Positions 31,680-40,557 of a stretch of DNA of 41,196 bases are shown here, piece by piece (position 1 is the first letter of the stretch; every line of letters starts with the position of its first letter). The stretch is from positions 3,678-44,873 of the forward strand of contig DHFK01000084.1 of NCBI GenBank assembly GCA_002400365.1. The letters are read 5' to 3'. The stretch comes from Anaerolineales bacterium UBA4826. Lineage in GTDB: Bacteria > Chloroflexota > Anaerolineae > UBA4142. The notes below the pieces were generated by a model. That model was not told the DNA's origin, made no database searches, and was given only the letters and a program-made list of their open reading frames with translations. A program made the translations under genes and the position numbers.

Positions 31680-31753
31680 GGATTTCAGATTTCAGATTGC
31701 AGATTTTGTTATAGCGCAATTGTGACAATCTAATATCTGCAATCGGAAATCAC
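31680..31753. repeat. Hairpin repeat of 7-nt units (atttcag / aatctgc); same subfamily as 8183-8250
   Basis: ggatttcagatttcagattgcagatt ... acaatctaatatctgcaatcggaaatcac. Confidence 0.8.
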
Positions 31754-31760
31754 AAATTAA

Positions 31761-31801
31761 GGGTCTGGCGCACTGCGCTCGCGCGAAGGGCTGCCAGACC
31801 C
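31761..31801. repeat. Hairpin gggtctggc...gccagaccc
   Basis: 9 bp stem with a 23-nt loop, read directly. Confidence 0.6.
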
Positions 31802-31821
31802 GGAATCCTGGAAGGATGAAG

Positions 31822-31886
31822 GCACGCTTTGCGGGATGAAGACGCGTTCTCACAGTCGTTTTCATCCTTCATCCCGCGAAGCGTGC
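31822..31886 (-). terminator. 20-bp-stem hairpin (ggatgaag units) directly after the rpmF stop
   Basis: gcacgctttgcgggatgaag ... cttcatcccgcgaagcgtgc, one mismatch. The T-run is on the plus side only, so terminator function on the minus strand is uncertain. Confidence 0.4.
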
Positions 31887-31888
31887 TT

Positions 31889-32098
31889 TTAAGTACCACG
31901 AGCCTTACGCGCCGGTTTCTGCTCGACGGTAAAGATTTCTTCGCCCGCGTAATGGCCACAATGCGGGCAGACGTGGTGCGGCAAACGCATCTTGTGGCAA
32001 TTCGGGCAGGGCGTGAGATTTGCGCCCTGCCTCGCCAGGTGACTGCGGCGGCGATCGCGGCGCCCTTTCGATAACTTGCGTTTAGGTAGAGGTGGCAT
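31889..32098 (-). CDS. rpmF: 50S ribosomal protein L32
   Basis: 69 aa. PKRKLSKGRRDRRRSH...CPNCHKMRLPHHVCPHCGHY. Confidence 0.9.
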   Translation of the reverse strand: MPPLPKRKLSKGRRDRRRSHLARQGANLTPCPNCHKMRLPHHVCPHCGHYAGEEIFTVEQKPARKARGT

Positions 32099-32123
32099 GG
32101 TTCAGAAAAATCCTTTCGAGGTG

Positions 32124-32651
32124 TCATTCTTTGTCAAGCAACTGCTTCAACGGCTGCAAGCGCGGGTCTATCTCATCGCGTTTGCAATCGCAGGGACCTT
32201 CGTTCCAGTTCTTGCCGCAATGCGGGCATAGCCCCCGGCATTTCGTTCGACAGATTGGGCTTGGTGGAATCGCGAGCAAAATGCTCTGACGCACCACTTC
32301 GCTCAAGTCAAGTTCGTGATGCGCGTCAATCCGCGTCGCCGCGTCGTCGCCGTCGGAGAGGGGCAGACTCGCGCCCGTCGTAATGTCAATCGTCGGGCGG
32401 AACTCTTCCTCCAAGGCGAACTGGAGTGGCAGCGCAAAGGCGTCGAGACAGCGCGCGCAAACCAGTTCGAGCGATGCGCGCAACTTGCCCATGACGAGTA
32501 CGCCATCGGCGGTTCGAATCAATTGAAGGTTGCCATCCAGCGCGCTCAGCGGAACGATATCCGTGTCGAGATGGCTGATGTCTTCATGCAGCGTGTACTG
32601 GCGGGTATGCCCGCTTTGCTCCTTGAGCAATTGGGCGACATTGTATCGCAT
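32124..32651 (-). CDS. yceD: YceD/DUF177-family protein (23S rRNA accumulation protein)
   Basis: Internal ATG at 32651 (MRYNVAQLLKEQSGHTRQY). C-terminal CRTKCRGLCPHCGKNWNEGPCDC. The canonical position is upstream of rpmF. Confidence 0.85.
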   Translation of the reverse strand: MRYNVAQLLKEQSGHTRQYTLHEDISHLDTDIVPLSALDGNLQLIRTADGVLVMGKLRASLELVCARCLDAFALPLQFALEEEFRPTIDITTGASLPLSDGDDAATRIDAHHELDLSEVVRQSILLAIPPSPICRTKCRGLCPHCGKNWNEGPCDCKRDEIDPRLQPLKQLLDKE

Positions 32652-32743
32652 AGTACTCCAGAAACCCGTTCTCGCGATCGCTCCGCAGCGGAGACTCGAA
32701 AACGGGTTTCTCGCTTGCATTATAGGCAAGTCAAACGCACGTG

Positions 32744-33256
32744 TCAAGAATTCTGCCCGGCATCGTCAGGCGGCTCAGGCGCGGCTTGCTGTTGGATCAC
32801 GCTCAAGCCATTGTAGATTTGAGTTTGCAGCCCGGCAACTTGCTGCATGACCTGATCGAGGCGCGCCTGCAATTCCTTCAACACCTGTTCGGCGTACTCG
32901 TCGGCGCCCTGGCGCGTGGACTCAGCCGCCGCATTGGCTTGCTGATTGATTTGCGCGGCTTGTTGCTGCGCGGCTCTGACGATGGCGTGTTCGTTCGTCA
33001 GGCGCGCGGCATCTTCTTTCGCCAGATTCACGATGCGCGCGGCTTCTTCCTGCGCCTGCGCGATCACCCGGTCGCGATCCTGCACGATCTTCTTGGCTTG
33101 TTTGATTTCTTCTGGAAACGCGATCCGCATTTGGTCAACGATGTCGAGGAACTCGTCTTCGTCAATCATCGTCTTGGAAGTCACGGGGACGCGCCACCCC
33201 TTGCCAAGGAGGGCTTCCAGGCGGTCAACCAAGTAAAGAACGTCTATGGCTATCAT
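32744..33256 (-). CDS. Hypothetical coiled-coil protein
   Basis: I prefer the start MIAIDVLYLVDRLEALL at 33256. The upstream extension is translated repeat (NCKLEIGNWRV). Gln/Ala-rich coiled coil. Confidence 0.55.
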   Translation of the reverse strand: MIAIDVLYLVDRLEALLGKGWRVPVTSKTMIDEDEFLDIVDQMRIAFPEEIKQAKKIVQDRDRVIAQAQEEAARIVNLAKEDAARLTNEHAIVRAAQQQAAQINQQANAAAESTRQGADEYAEQVLKELQARLDQVMQQVAGLQTQIYNGLSVIQQQAAPEPPDDAGQNS

Positions 33257-33266
33257 CCCCTTTCGG

Positions 33267-33340
33267 TTTTGGAAGTTAGACGTTGGAAGACGCACTCTCC
33301 AATTTCCAATCTCCAACTTGCAATTTCTAACATCCAAATT
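33267..33340. repeat. Hairpin repeat of ttggaag / ctccaat units
   Basis: ttggaagttagacgttggaagacg ... ctccaatttccaatctccaacttgcaatttctaacatccaa. Confidence 0.75.
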
Positions 33341-33868
33341 CTATTCGCGCAACGAAACCAGTTTCACTTTCTCGTCGCGATCTTCGCCTAACTGCGTGAT
33401 CCGTTTGCGCAACGCGGCTTCGACGAAGGCTGGCACGATGTCGGAAATCGAGCCGCCGAGGAACGCGATTTCTTTCAGGTTCGAGGAACTCAGGAACGCA
33501 TGTTTGAGCGAGGTCATCAAGCAGACCGTGTCAATATCTTCGGCCAGTTGGCGATTCGCCAAGGCGGTCTGGTACTCGGCTTCAAAATCGAACGCGACGC
33601 GCAAGCCGCGCACCATCACCGTGGCGCCCTGGGTGCGCGCAAAGGCGACGGTGAGACCGTGGTATGGCATAATCCGAATGTTCGGAATGTCCCGCGCGGC
33701 TTCGCGCATAAACGCGATTCGCTCGTCAACGGTGAACATCAGATTCTTGAGCGGTCGGTCGTACGCCGCCCAGATCAGCGTGTCGAAAATTCTCGCGGCG
33801 CGCACGGCAATGTCAATGTGTCCATAGTGAATGGGGTCGAACGAACCGGGATAGATGGCGATGGTCAA
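33341..33868 (-). CDS. coaD: Phosphopantetheine adenylyltransferase
   Basis: IAIYPGSFDPIHYGHIDI...MVRGLR motifs. Proposed TTG start at 33868 overlaps the recG TGA (TTGA), 7 nt after a GGGAG SD. The longer track ORF overlaps the recG 3' end. Confidence 0.85.
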   Translation of the reverse strand: MTIAIYPGSFDPIHYGHIDIAVRAARIFDTLIWAAYDRPLKNLMFTVDERIAFMREAARDIPNIRIMPYHGLTVAFARTQGATVMVRGLRVAFDFEAEYQTALANRQLAEDIDTVCLMTSLKHAFLSSSNLKEIAFLGGSISDIVPAFVEAALRKRITQLGEDRDEKVKLVSLRE

Positions 33869-36282
33869 CTCAAGTCTCCCTTGCCTTTCCAGAATTCGGC
33901 GAGTTTTTGCGCCAGGAGGTGATGTTCGGGTTCCCGCAAATCTGGATCCTGGTCGAAGATGCCTTGCGCGATGCGTCTTGCCTCTTCCAGAATCTTGGTG
34001 TCGCTCAGTTTCGCGATTTTCAGATCGGGCAAGCCGGACTGGCGGGTGCCAAAGAACTCGCCGGGTCCGCGCAATTTCAAATCCTCTTCGGCTAGGCGGA
34101 AGCCGTCCTGGGTTGATTCGATGACTTTTAACCGTTCGTCGCTCGTCGTGCCCGATTTTTCCGCGAGCAACAGGCAATAAGATTGATGCTCGCCGCGGCC
34201 GACGCGCCCGCGGAACTGGTGCAACTGCGCCAGCCCAAAACGATCCGCGCCTTCGATCAGCATCACGGTCGCGTTGGGAACGTCAATGCCCACTTCGACC
34301 ACCGAGGTGGCAACCAGCACGTCAATGGCGTGCTCGCGGAACTGCGTCATCGTGGCATCTTTTTCGCTCGGCTTTAGTTTACCGTGAATCAGTCCTACAT
34401 GCAAATCCGGGTAAACGTCCTTGCGGAGGCGTTCGTACTCTTCGACGGCGGCTTTGGCGTCAATGCTTTCCGATTCTTCGATGAGCGGGCAGATGACGAA
34501 CGCCTGCCGCCCCGCCTTGACCTGATTGCGAATGAACGCATAGCCGCGTTCGCGCTCGCGCGGCTCCAGCCACTTGGTCTTGATCTCCTGGCGTCCCGGC
34601 GGCATCTCGTCAATGAGCGAGAGGTCGAGATCGCCATAGACCGTGAGCGCGAGCGTGCGCGGAATCGGCGTCGCGCTCATCACCAGGATGTGCGGATGAT
34701 AGCCCTTGGAACGGATCGTCGCGCGCTGTTCCACGCCGAAGCGATGTTGCTCGTCAATCACCGCGAGCGCGAGGTCTTGGAACTCGACGCCTTCCTGAAT
34801 GAGCGCGTGCGTGCCGACCGCGACGTTGATCTCGCCCGCCGCGATCTGCGCGCGCACCTCTTCTTTCTCGCGATTCTTCAGACTGCCGGTGAGCAAACGC
34901 ACGCGCGGCGGCTGGGGCTGCCGGGCGAAAACGGTCGCCAGCGTTTTGAAATGCTGTTCCGCCAGAATCTCTGTCGGCGCGAGGAGGGCGGCTTGCGCGC
35001 CATTCGCCACGGCGGTCAGCATCGCCGCCGCCGCGACGACCGTCTTGCCCGAGCCCACGTCGCCTTGCAGCAGACGACTCATCGGCTGCGCGCGTTGGAG
35101 ATCACCGAGAATTTCGTCTAGCGCGCGCTGCTGCGCGCGGGTGAGCGCAAAGGGCAGCGCCGCGAGAAAAGCCGGCACCGTGGCGGCATCCATTTGCAGC
35201 GCGCGCCCGGGCTGCTCGCGCCATTGCCGCCGTTGGCGCAGCACGCCCAGTTGGATGAGCAAGAACTCGTCCAACGCGAGGCGGCGGCGCGCCTGCTCCA
35301 TTTTTTCAAAGGAGGTCGGAAAATGGATTTCGCGCAGCGCGGTCGCGAGATCGTCCAGTTTTTCGCGCGCGCGGAGCGCCGCCGGCAGCGCGTCCGGGAC
35401 TTTGTCCGCCCAGTATTCGACGACGCTGTTGATCAATCGGCGCAGCCAGCGATTCGTGATGCCTTCGGTGAGCGGATAGATCGGAACGATGCGCGCAGTG
35501 TGCAAGAGTTCTTTGCTCAGCGGCTCCCATTCCGGCGACTTGAACGTGAGATGTCCCAGGTCTTGTTCCACGCGCCCACTGACGACGATCCGCCGCCCCG
35601 CCTTGAACTGTTGCTGGAGCCACGGTTGGTTGAAGAAAACCGCCGGCATCGTGCCGGTCGGATCGGCGAGCAGGACGTTCGTGATCGTCAAGCCGGCGCG
35701 ATGCGTTTCGCGGGTTCGCGCTTCACACACGGTCAGGAGCAGCGTGACTTCTTCGCCGTAAACCAACTGGCTGACGGTTTTAAGTTTGCTGTAATCGTCG
35801 TAGCGGCGCGGAAAGTGATAGATCAGATCGCCGACGGCGTAGATGCCGAGTTTCTGCAGTCTCTTCGCATGCGCGGGTCCCACATTTTGCAAGCGCGCGA
35901 CGCTGGCGTCGAGGCCCAAGCCCGGCGTGGAGGGCGGCTGCGCCGATTCTTTGGGCGCGGGCGCTTCGTCCAAGTCGTCGGGCGGTTCGGGTTGCGGCGC
36001 GGCCGTTTCCGCGACGGTTGTTTCGACGGCGATTTCTCCGCGCAGCAAACCGAGCGCGCGCGTGAGCATTTCGTGGCGCGCGTCCGGCGTCGCCGCGCCA
36101 TAGCCCTGCAACGTCCGCGCGATTTCGTCCGCTAACTGGATTCGTTCCGCATCACTCGCTTGTCTTTGCCTGGCGGTCCAGTTGTTAATGAACTTTTCCA
36201 ATCCGCCGATGACCAGATGGTCGTCGCACTTTTTTTGTTCGTTGACAAGTATTCGTTCCAGGTCTCCAAGAGCAGCAGCCAT
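33865..36282 (-). CDS. recG: ATP-dependent DNA helicase RecG (with an N-terminal extension of about 125 aa)
   Basis: 805 aa. HFPRRYDD, wedge region, LLQGDVGSGKT (Walker A), DEQHRFG, SATPIPRT and QLHQFRGRVGRG motifs. Confidence 0.92.
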   Translation of the reverse strand: MAAALGDLERILVNEQKKCDDHLVIGGLEKFINNWTARQRQASDAERIQLADEIARTLQGYGAATPDARHEMLTRALGLLRGEIAVETTVAETAAPQPEPPDDLDEAPAPKESAQPPSTPGLGLDASVARLQNVGPAHAKRLQKLGIYAVGDLIYHFPRRYDDYSKLKTVSQLVYGEEVTLLLTVCEARTRETHRAGLTITNVLLADPTGTMPAVFFNQPWLQQQFKAGRRIVVSGRVEQDLGHLTFKSPEWEPLSKELLHTARIVPIYPLTEGITNRWLRRLINSVVEYWADKVPDALPAALRAREKLDDLATALREIHFPTSFEKMEQARRRLALDEFLLIQLGVLRQRRQWREQPGRALQMDAATVPAFLAALPFALTRAQQRALDEILGDLQRAQPMSRLLQGDVGSGKTVVAAAAMLTAVANGAQAALLAPTEILAEQHFKTLATVFARQPQPPRVRLLTGSLKNREKEEVRAQIAAGEINVAVGTHALIQEGVEFQDLALAVIDEQHRFGVEQRATIRSKGYHPHILVMSATPIPRTLALTVYGDLDLSLIDEMPPGRQEIKTKWLEPRERERGYAFIRNQVKAGRQAFVICPLIEESESIDAKAAVEEYERLRKDVYPDLHVGLIHGKLKPSEKDATMTQFREHAIDVLVATSVVEVGIDVPNATVMLIEGADRFGLAQLHQFRGRVGRGEHQSYCLLLAEKSGTTSDERLKVIESTQDGFRLAEEDLKLRGPGEFFGTRQSGLPDLKIAKLSDTKILEEARRIAQGIFDQDPDLREPEHHLLAQKLAEFWKGKGDLS

Positions 36283-36294
36283 TCAATCCTCGCA

Positions 36295-36402
36295 GATAGC
36301 GTATGGCGTATGGCTGATGGCATATGGCTAACGGCTTGTTGCTCCATCTTTCCTATTTGCCTTCTACTATTCGCTATTCGCCATTTGCTATATGCCATAC
36401 GC
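36295..36402. repeat. Hairpin repeat of tatggc/gctattc 7-nt units; same subfamily as 13815-13895
   Basis: gatagcgtatggcgtatggctgatggcatatggctaacggc ... ctattcgctattcgccatttgctatatgccatacgc. Confidence 0.8.
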
Positions 36403-36413
36403 GCATTTGTCCG

Positions 36414-37256
36414 CTAGTATTTTCCGGTCAACCACGCGATCCCCACCGCGCCCGGTCCAACGTGAGTGCCCAGGACCGGTCCCGTTTCGCTCATCACGAT
36501 CTGCTCCATCGAAAAAGTGGTCGAGAGCATTTGCTGCACCATCTTGGCGAGGTGCGGCGCGTCCGCGTGAATCACCGCCAGTTCCTGAATCGGTCCCGAC
36601 GCCAGCGCGATTTCGACGAGGCGCTCGAGCGCGCGCTTCTGCGTCCGCACATTTTCCACGGGCATGATTTCGCCGTTGACGACCGAGAGCAAGGGCTTGA
36701 CGTGCAACAAGGTGCCGACCAACGCTTTGCCTTTGCCCAGGCGTCCGCCGCGCTGCGCGAATTCCAGTGTGTCGAGCATACCGATCAGGTGCACGCGCGG
36801 CATCGCATCTTGTACGATCTGCTTGATTTCGGCAAGCGGGCGACCCTCTCTTGCCGCGCGCGCGGCAAGGATGACGAGCCAACCCAGGGACATGCAGACT
36901 TGCTTCGAGTCAACCAATTCGATGCGAGCGTTTGTGACGCTTTCCGCCGCAAGGCGCGACGCGTTAAAGATCCCGCTGAGCGAGGCGATGGTGTGGAGCG
37001 CCAGGATCTGGTCGGTGGTCTCAGCCAGTTGGCGATAGACTTGCTCGAACACGCCGGTGGCGGGCTGGGACGTCGTCGGTAGCGTTGGGCTGCTCAAGAG
37101 TTTCTGATAGAACTCGGAAGGGAACAGATCAACTCGATCGCGAAATTCCTGGTCGCCGAAACGGACGATGCAGGGAATGGTCGCAATGTCCAGTTCTTTC
37201 AGCAGTGCCGGCGGAATGTCCGCGAGACTATCGGTTAGGATTTTGACGTTTGCCAT
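36414..37256 (-). CDS. DegV-family fatty-acid-binding protein (FakB-like)
   Basis: The ATG at 37256 lies 5 nt after an AGGGAG SD. MANVKILTDSLADIP...; DegV family. Confidence 0.88.
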   Translation of the reverse strand: MANVKILTDSLADIPPALLKELDIATIPCIVRFGDQEFRDRVDLFPSEFYQKLLSSPTLPTTSQPATGVFEQVYRQLAETTDQILALHTIASLSGIFNASRLAAESVTNARIELVDSKQVCMSLGWLVILAARAAREGRPLAEIKQIVQDAMPRVHLIGMLDTLEFAQRGGRLGKGKALVGTLLHVKPLLSVVNGEIMPVENVRTQKRALERLVEIALASGPIQELAVIHADAPHLAKMVQQMLSTTFSMEQIVMSETGPVLGTHVGPGAVGIAWLTGKY

Positions 37257-37265
37257 TTTCACTCC

Positions 37266-38108
37266 CTACATCCCTTCGTACACCACGACGCCGAGTGCGT
37301 CGGTGCCGACGTGCGTTGCGGCGACGGGACCGTAATGATCTACCGAAATGTCCAGGTTGGGCATCAGCAGATTCGTCTGCTCGATCAGCGTCGCGACGTC
37401 CTGGGGTGTGTTGCCGTGCAGGACGACCATTTTTTCGATGCGCGTGAATTCGGTGATGAACTCGACGAGTTTTTCGATGGCTTTGGCGCGCGTGCGCACT
37501 TTTTCCAGCGCGACGAGTTCGCCTTCTTCCAGGATCAGCAGCGGTTTGATGTTGAGCATGTTGCCCAACAGCGCCTGGGCTTTGCCGATGCGTCCGCCGC
37601 GTTCGAGATAGTCGAGCGTCTCGACGAAAAAGCCGATGTAGATACGCGGGATCATGCCGCGCACGAGTCGCACCACCTCGTCGAGCGATTCGCCGCGCGC
37701 CGCCGCGCGTCCGGCGGCGGTCACCAACATGCCTAGTCCAACGGTGATGAGTTGCGAATCAATCACGACGATCCGGCTGCGCCCCAGGAGCGGGAGCGCG
37801 GCGCGCTGCGCGTTGCGAAACGTCTGGCTCAGTCTGCTCGAGAGATGAATCGAGACGACTTCGCCGCCGTCCCGGATCAATTCGCCATAGGTCTCTTCGA
37901 ATTGGCGCGGCGAGGGCGGCGAGGTGCTGGGCGGCATGGACACGCGCGATAGACGCGTGACGAAATCAGACGGCGTCACGTCAACTCCGTCGCGCAAGAC
38001 TTTTTGCCCGAGATGGATGGTCAATGGCAGCACAGTAATGCCCAATTCTGCGACCACCTCGGGCGGCATGTCGGCGGTGCTGTCCGTTACGATTCTCACT
38101 CGTTCCAT
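37266..38108 (-). CDS. DegV-family fatty-acid-binding protein (FakB-like), second copy
   Basis: I prefer the start MERVRIVTDSTADMP at 38108. The track start at 38150 lies inside a repeat. Confidence 0.85.
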   Translation of the reverse strand: MERVRIVTDSTADMPPEVVAELGITVLPLTIHLGQKVLRDGVDVTPSDFVTRLSRVSMPPSTSPPSPRQFEETYGELIRDGGEVVSIHLSSRLSQTFRNAQRAALPLLGRSRIVVIDSQLITVGLGMLVTAAGRAAARGESLDEVVRLVRGMIPRIYIGFFVETLDYLERGGRIGKAQALLGNMLNIKPLLILEEGELVALEKVRTRAKAIEKLVEFITEFTRIEKMVVLHGNTPQDVATLIEQTNLLMPNLDISVDHYGPVAATHVGTDALGVVVYEGM

Positions 38109-38130
38109 AAGCCACTCATTCTGTCGTTGC

Positions 38131-38198
38131 TCATCCTTGCGAAGGGTCATCCTGAGCGGAGCGCAGCCAAGTCGAAGGAAACCTTCGCCAGGATGGAT
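38131..38198. repeat. Inverted repeat containing a 'gtcatcctgagcg...gaagga' unit
   Basis: tcatccttgcgaagg gtcatcctgagcggagcgcagccaagtcgaagga aaccttcgccaggatgga. Confidence 0.7.
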
Positions 38199-38206
38199 CA
38201 GTCACG

Positions 38207-39862
38207 CTATTCCAAAGAGATGATATAGTGGTAATGCGGCTGACTGCCGTTTACAACTTCGACTTCCTGGGACGCATAGACCTTGCGAATTTGCTCGGCG
38301 AGCGCTTCGGCGTCGCGCGCGGAAACAGTCTCGCCATAATAGAGCGTGATGATCTCGCTTTCCGCGGCGCGCATTTCCTCGAGCATCTGCAGGGTCAGCG
38401 CGGCGCGATCCTCACCCGCGCCGGCTAGATTGTCGTCAATCAGACCGATGAACTGTCCTTCCGCGACTTGGATGCCGTCGAGCGTTACCGAACGCGTCGC
38501 CGTCGTGATTTCGAGCGTACGAATGTGCTTTGCCGCGCGATCCATCGCCTTGAGATTCGTCTCCAGGTCACTTTGGAAATTGAACGCCAAGAGCGCGGCA
38601 ATGCCCTGGGGAATCGTCTTGGTCGGCACGAGCGCGACATCTTTCTTGGACAGTTTGCGCGCTTGCTCCGCCGCCGGAATGATGTTCTTGTTGTTGGGCA
38701 GCACGATCACGTGCTGGCTCTTGACCGCGTCAATCGCCTTTAGCAAATCTTCGGTGCTGGGATTCATCGTCTGTCCGCCGGCGACGATCTTGCCGACGCC
38801 GAGACTTTCAAATACGCGCGCCAGCCCCGCGCCCGGCGCGACGGTGACTGTTCCGATCCCGACGATTTCGTCGGCGGTAACCGGCGGGCGCGCGGTTTGA
38901 CCCGCCATAAAGTCAATGTACTGTTCCTGCATGTTTTCGACGATGACGTTCGTGATGACGCCGACGGAACAACCATAGTCGAGAATCGCGCCGGGTGTGG
39001 GCGCGTGGACGTGGACTTTGACGAGCGCGGAATCGCCGACGATCAACGCCGATTCGCCCATGCTCGCGATCTGGTCACGAATCGCGTCCACGGCGAGGTC
39101 TTTGCCGCGGATGTGGAACTGGATGTCGAACCCCCAGCCCTCCTCGCGCGTGATCTGTTCGAGCGCTTGCGCGCCCGCGCCGGCAGCGGCGAGTTCCATC
39201 GGCTCGCCGTTCAAGTACTTGAGCGCGCCTTCGAGGATCACGAGCAGCCCTTGACCGCCGGCGTCTACCACGCCGGCTTCGCGCAGCACAGGCAGCAGCA
39301 GCGGCGTCTTGACGACCGCCGCGCGCGCGGCTTCGACCGTCTGCGCCAGCACGCTCCGCAGGTCATCGCTCTGCGCGGCGGCACGCGTCGCCGCGTCCGC
39401 GGATTCGCGGCAAACGGTGAGGATCGTTCCCTCGACGGGCTTGACAACCCCTTTGTATGCGGTGCGCGCGCCTTCGACCATCGCCGCGGCAAAATCATGC
39501 GAGCCCAGGGTGTCTTTTTTCTCGAGCGCGCGCGCGAAACCGCGAATGATCTGCGAGAGGATGACGCCCGAATTGCCGCGCGCGCCGAGCAGCGCGCCGT
39601 GGGACAGCGCTTTGCTGATCGCGCCGGCGGAATGTTCCGGCGACGTGTTCACCTCTCGCATCGCGGCTTGCATCGTCAAGAGCATGTTCGTTCCCGAATC
39701 GCCGTCGGGAACCGGGAACACATTCAGACTGTTGACGTACGCCGCGTGGCGTTCGAGCCAAGCCGTGCTGGCGGCGAACAGTTGCTTGATTTCCTGTCCG
39801 CCGATGGATTGGAGCGGCGGCTTGGGTTCGGGCGCCGGGGTTGGGGTCTGAGGTGAGGTCAT
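38207..39862 (-). CDS. fakA: DAK2/DhaL-domain protein YloV = fatty acid kinase subunit FakA
   Basis: 551 aa. PVPDGDSGTNM, GARGNSGVILSQ (DhaL domain). Typical position between asp23 and degV/recG. Confidence 0.88.
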   Translation of the reverse strand: MTSPQTPTPAPEPKPPLQSIGGQEIKQLFAASTAWLERHAAYVNSLNVFPVPDGDSGTNMLLTMQAAMREVNTSPEHSAGAISKALSHGALLGARGNSGVILSQIIRGFARALEKKDTLGSHDFAAAMVEGARTAYKGVVKPVEGTILTVCRESADAATRAAAQSDDLRSVLAQTVEAARAAVVKTPLLLPVLREAGVVDAGGQGLLVILEGALKYLNGEPMELAAAGAGAQALEQITREEGWGFDIQFHIRGKDLAVDAIRDQIASMGESALIVGDSALVKVHVHAPTPGAILDYGCSVGVITNVIVENMQEQYIDFMAGQTARPPVTADEIVGIGTVTVAPGAGLARVFESLGVGKIVAGGQTMNPSTEDLLKAIDAVKSQHVIVLPNNKNIIPAAEQARKLSKKDVALVPTKTIPQGIAALLAFNFQSDLETNLKAMDRAAKHIRTLEITTATRSVTLDGIQVAEGQFIGLIDDNLAGAGEDRAALTLQMLEEMRAAESEIITLYYGETVSARDAEALAEQIRKVYASQEVEVVNGSQPHYHYIISLE

Positions 39863-40215
39863 GCCGGCTCTTCCACGTGCAAGCCCTGGACGTGCACGTT
39901 GACCTGGGCAACGGGCATGCCCAATGCTTTTTCGACGGTGAACTTGACGCGGTTCATAATCCCGTGCGCGACCTCGGAGATGCGCGTGCCAGATTGGATC
40001 ACGACATAGAGGTCAATGTTGATTTCGTGATCAATCACTTTGACGTCTATGCCGCGCCGCAAGTTGCCGCGCGCCAAGACCTCGGTGATGCCGTCGCGCA
40101 AGTTCTTGTTCGCCATGCCGACGACGCCGTAACATTCGAGCACGGCTTGCCCTGCCAGACTGGCGATCGCGTTCGGCGAGATTTCGATGCGTCCCAGATA
40201 ATTTTCTTCAGCCAT
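39859..40215 (-). CDS. Asp23/Gls24-family protein (YloU-like)
   Basis: 118 aa. GRIEISPNAIASLAGQAVLECYGVVGMA...VNVHVQGL. ATGA overlap with fakA. Confidence 0.85.
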   Translation of the reverse strand: MAEENYLGRIEISPNAIASLAGQAVLECYGVVGMANKNLRDGITEVLARGNLRRGIDVKVIDHEINIDLYVVIQSGTRISEVAHGIMNRVKFTVEKALGMPVAQVNVHVQGLHVEEPA

Positions 40216-40235
40216 TCTTTTGTCCCTGCCGTTAT

Positions 40236-40264
40236 TTGCCTAAATCTGACGATTGTGGTATGAT
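40236..40264 (+). promoter_or_regulatory. Sigma70 promoter of rpmB
   Basis: TTGCCT (40236-40241), 17 nt spacer, TGg-TATGAT (40259-40264, extended -10). Confidence 0.65.
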
Positions 40265-40308
40265 GCCGACCGTTCGATTCGCGGAATGATCAAAAGGAGT
40301 GAACACTT

Positions 40309-40494
40309 ATGGCACAGCGCTGCGACATTTGCAACAAGGGTCCATTGTATGGTCACGGTCGAAGCCATGCGATGAACGCCACGCACCGACGTTTCATGCC
40401 CAATCTTACAAAGCGAACGCTGGTCTATCAAGGCAAGAAGCAAAAGTTGAATGTGTGCGCCAATTGCTTGCGAACGCTCGGCAAGAATGGATAG
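40309..40494 (+). CDS. rpmB: 50S ribosomal protein L28
   Basis: 61 aa. MAQRCDICNKGPLYGHGRSHAMNATHRRFMPNL. AAAGGAG SD. Confidence 0.92.
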   Translation: MAQRCDICNKGPLYGHGRSHAMNATHRRFMPNLTKRTLVYQGKKQKLNVCANCLRTLGKNG

Positions 40495-40515
40495 GTCTAG
40501 GTCCGCGCGACATTG

Positions 40516-40552
40516 AACCAGCGGCTCGGCGATGAGACGCTGGTTTTTCTAT
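40516..40552 (+). terminator. Rho-independent terminator after rpmB
   Basis: aaccagcg...cgctggtt followed by tttctatttct. Confidence 0.75.
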
Positions 40553-40557
40553 TTCTA

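Noticed and set aside
8183-36402. Whether the short tandem-unit repeats could be CRISPR arrays.
   Set aside because: The units are only 7-9 nt and directly abutting with no spacers, each locus is under 110 bp, the arms are inverted copies, and there are no cas genes.
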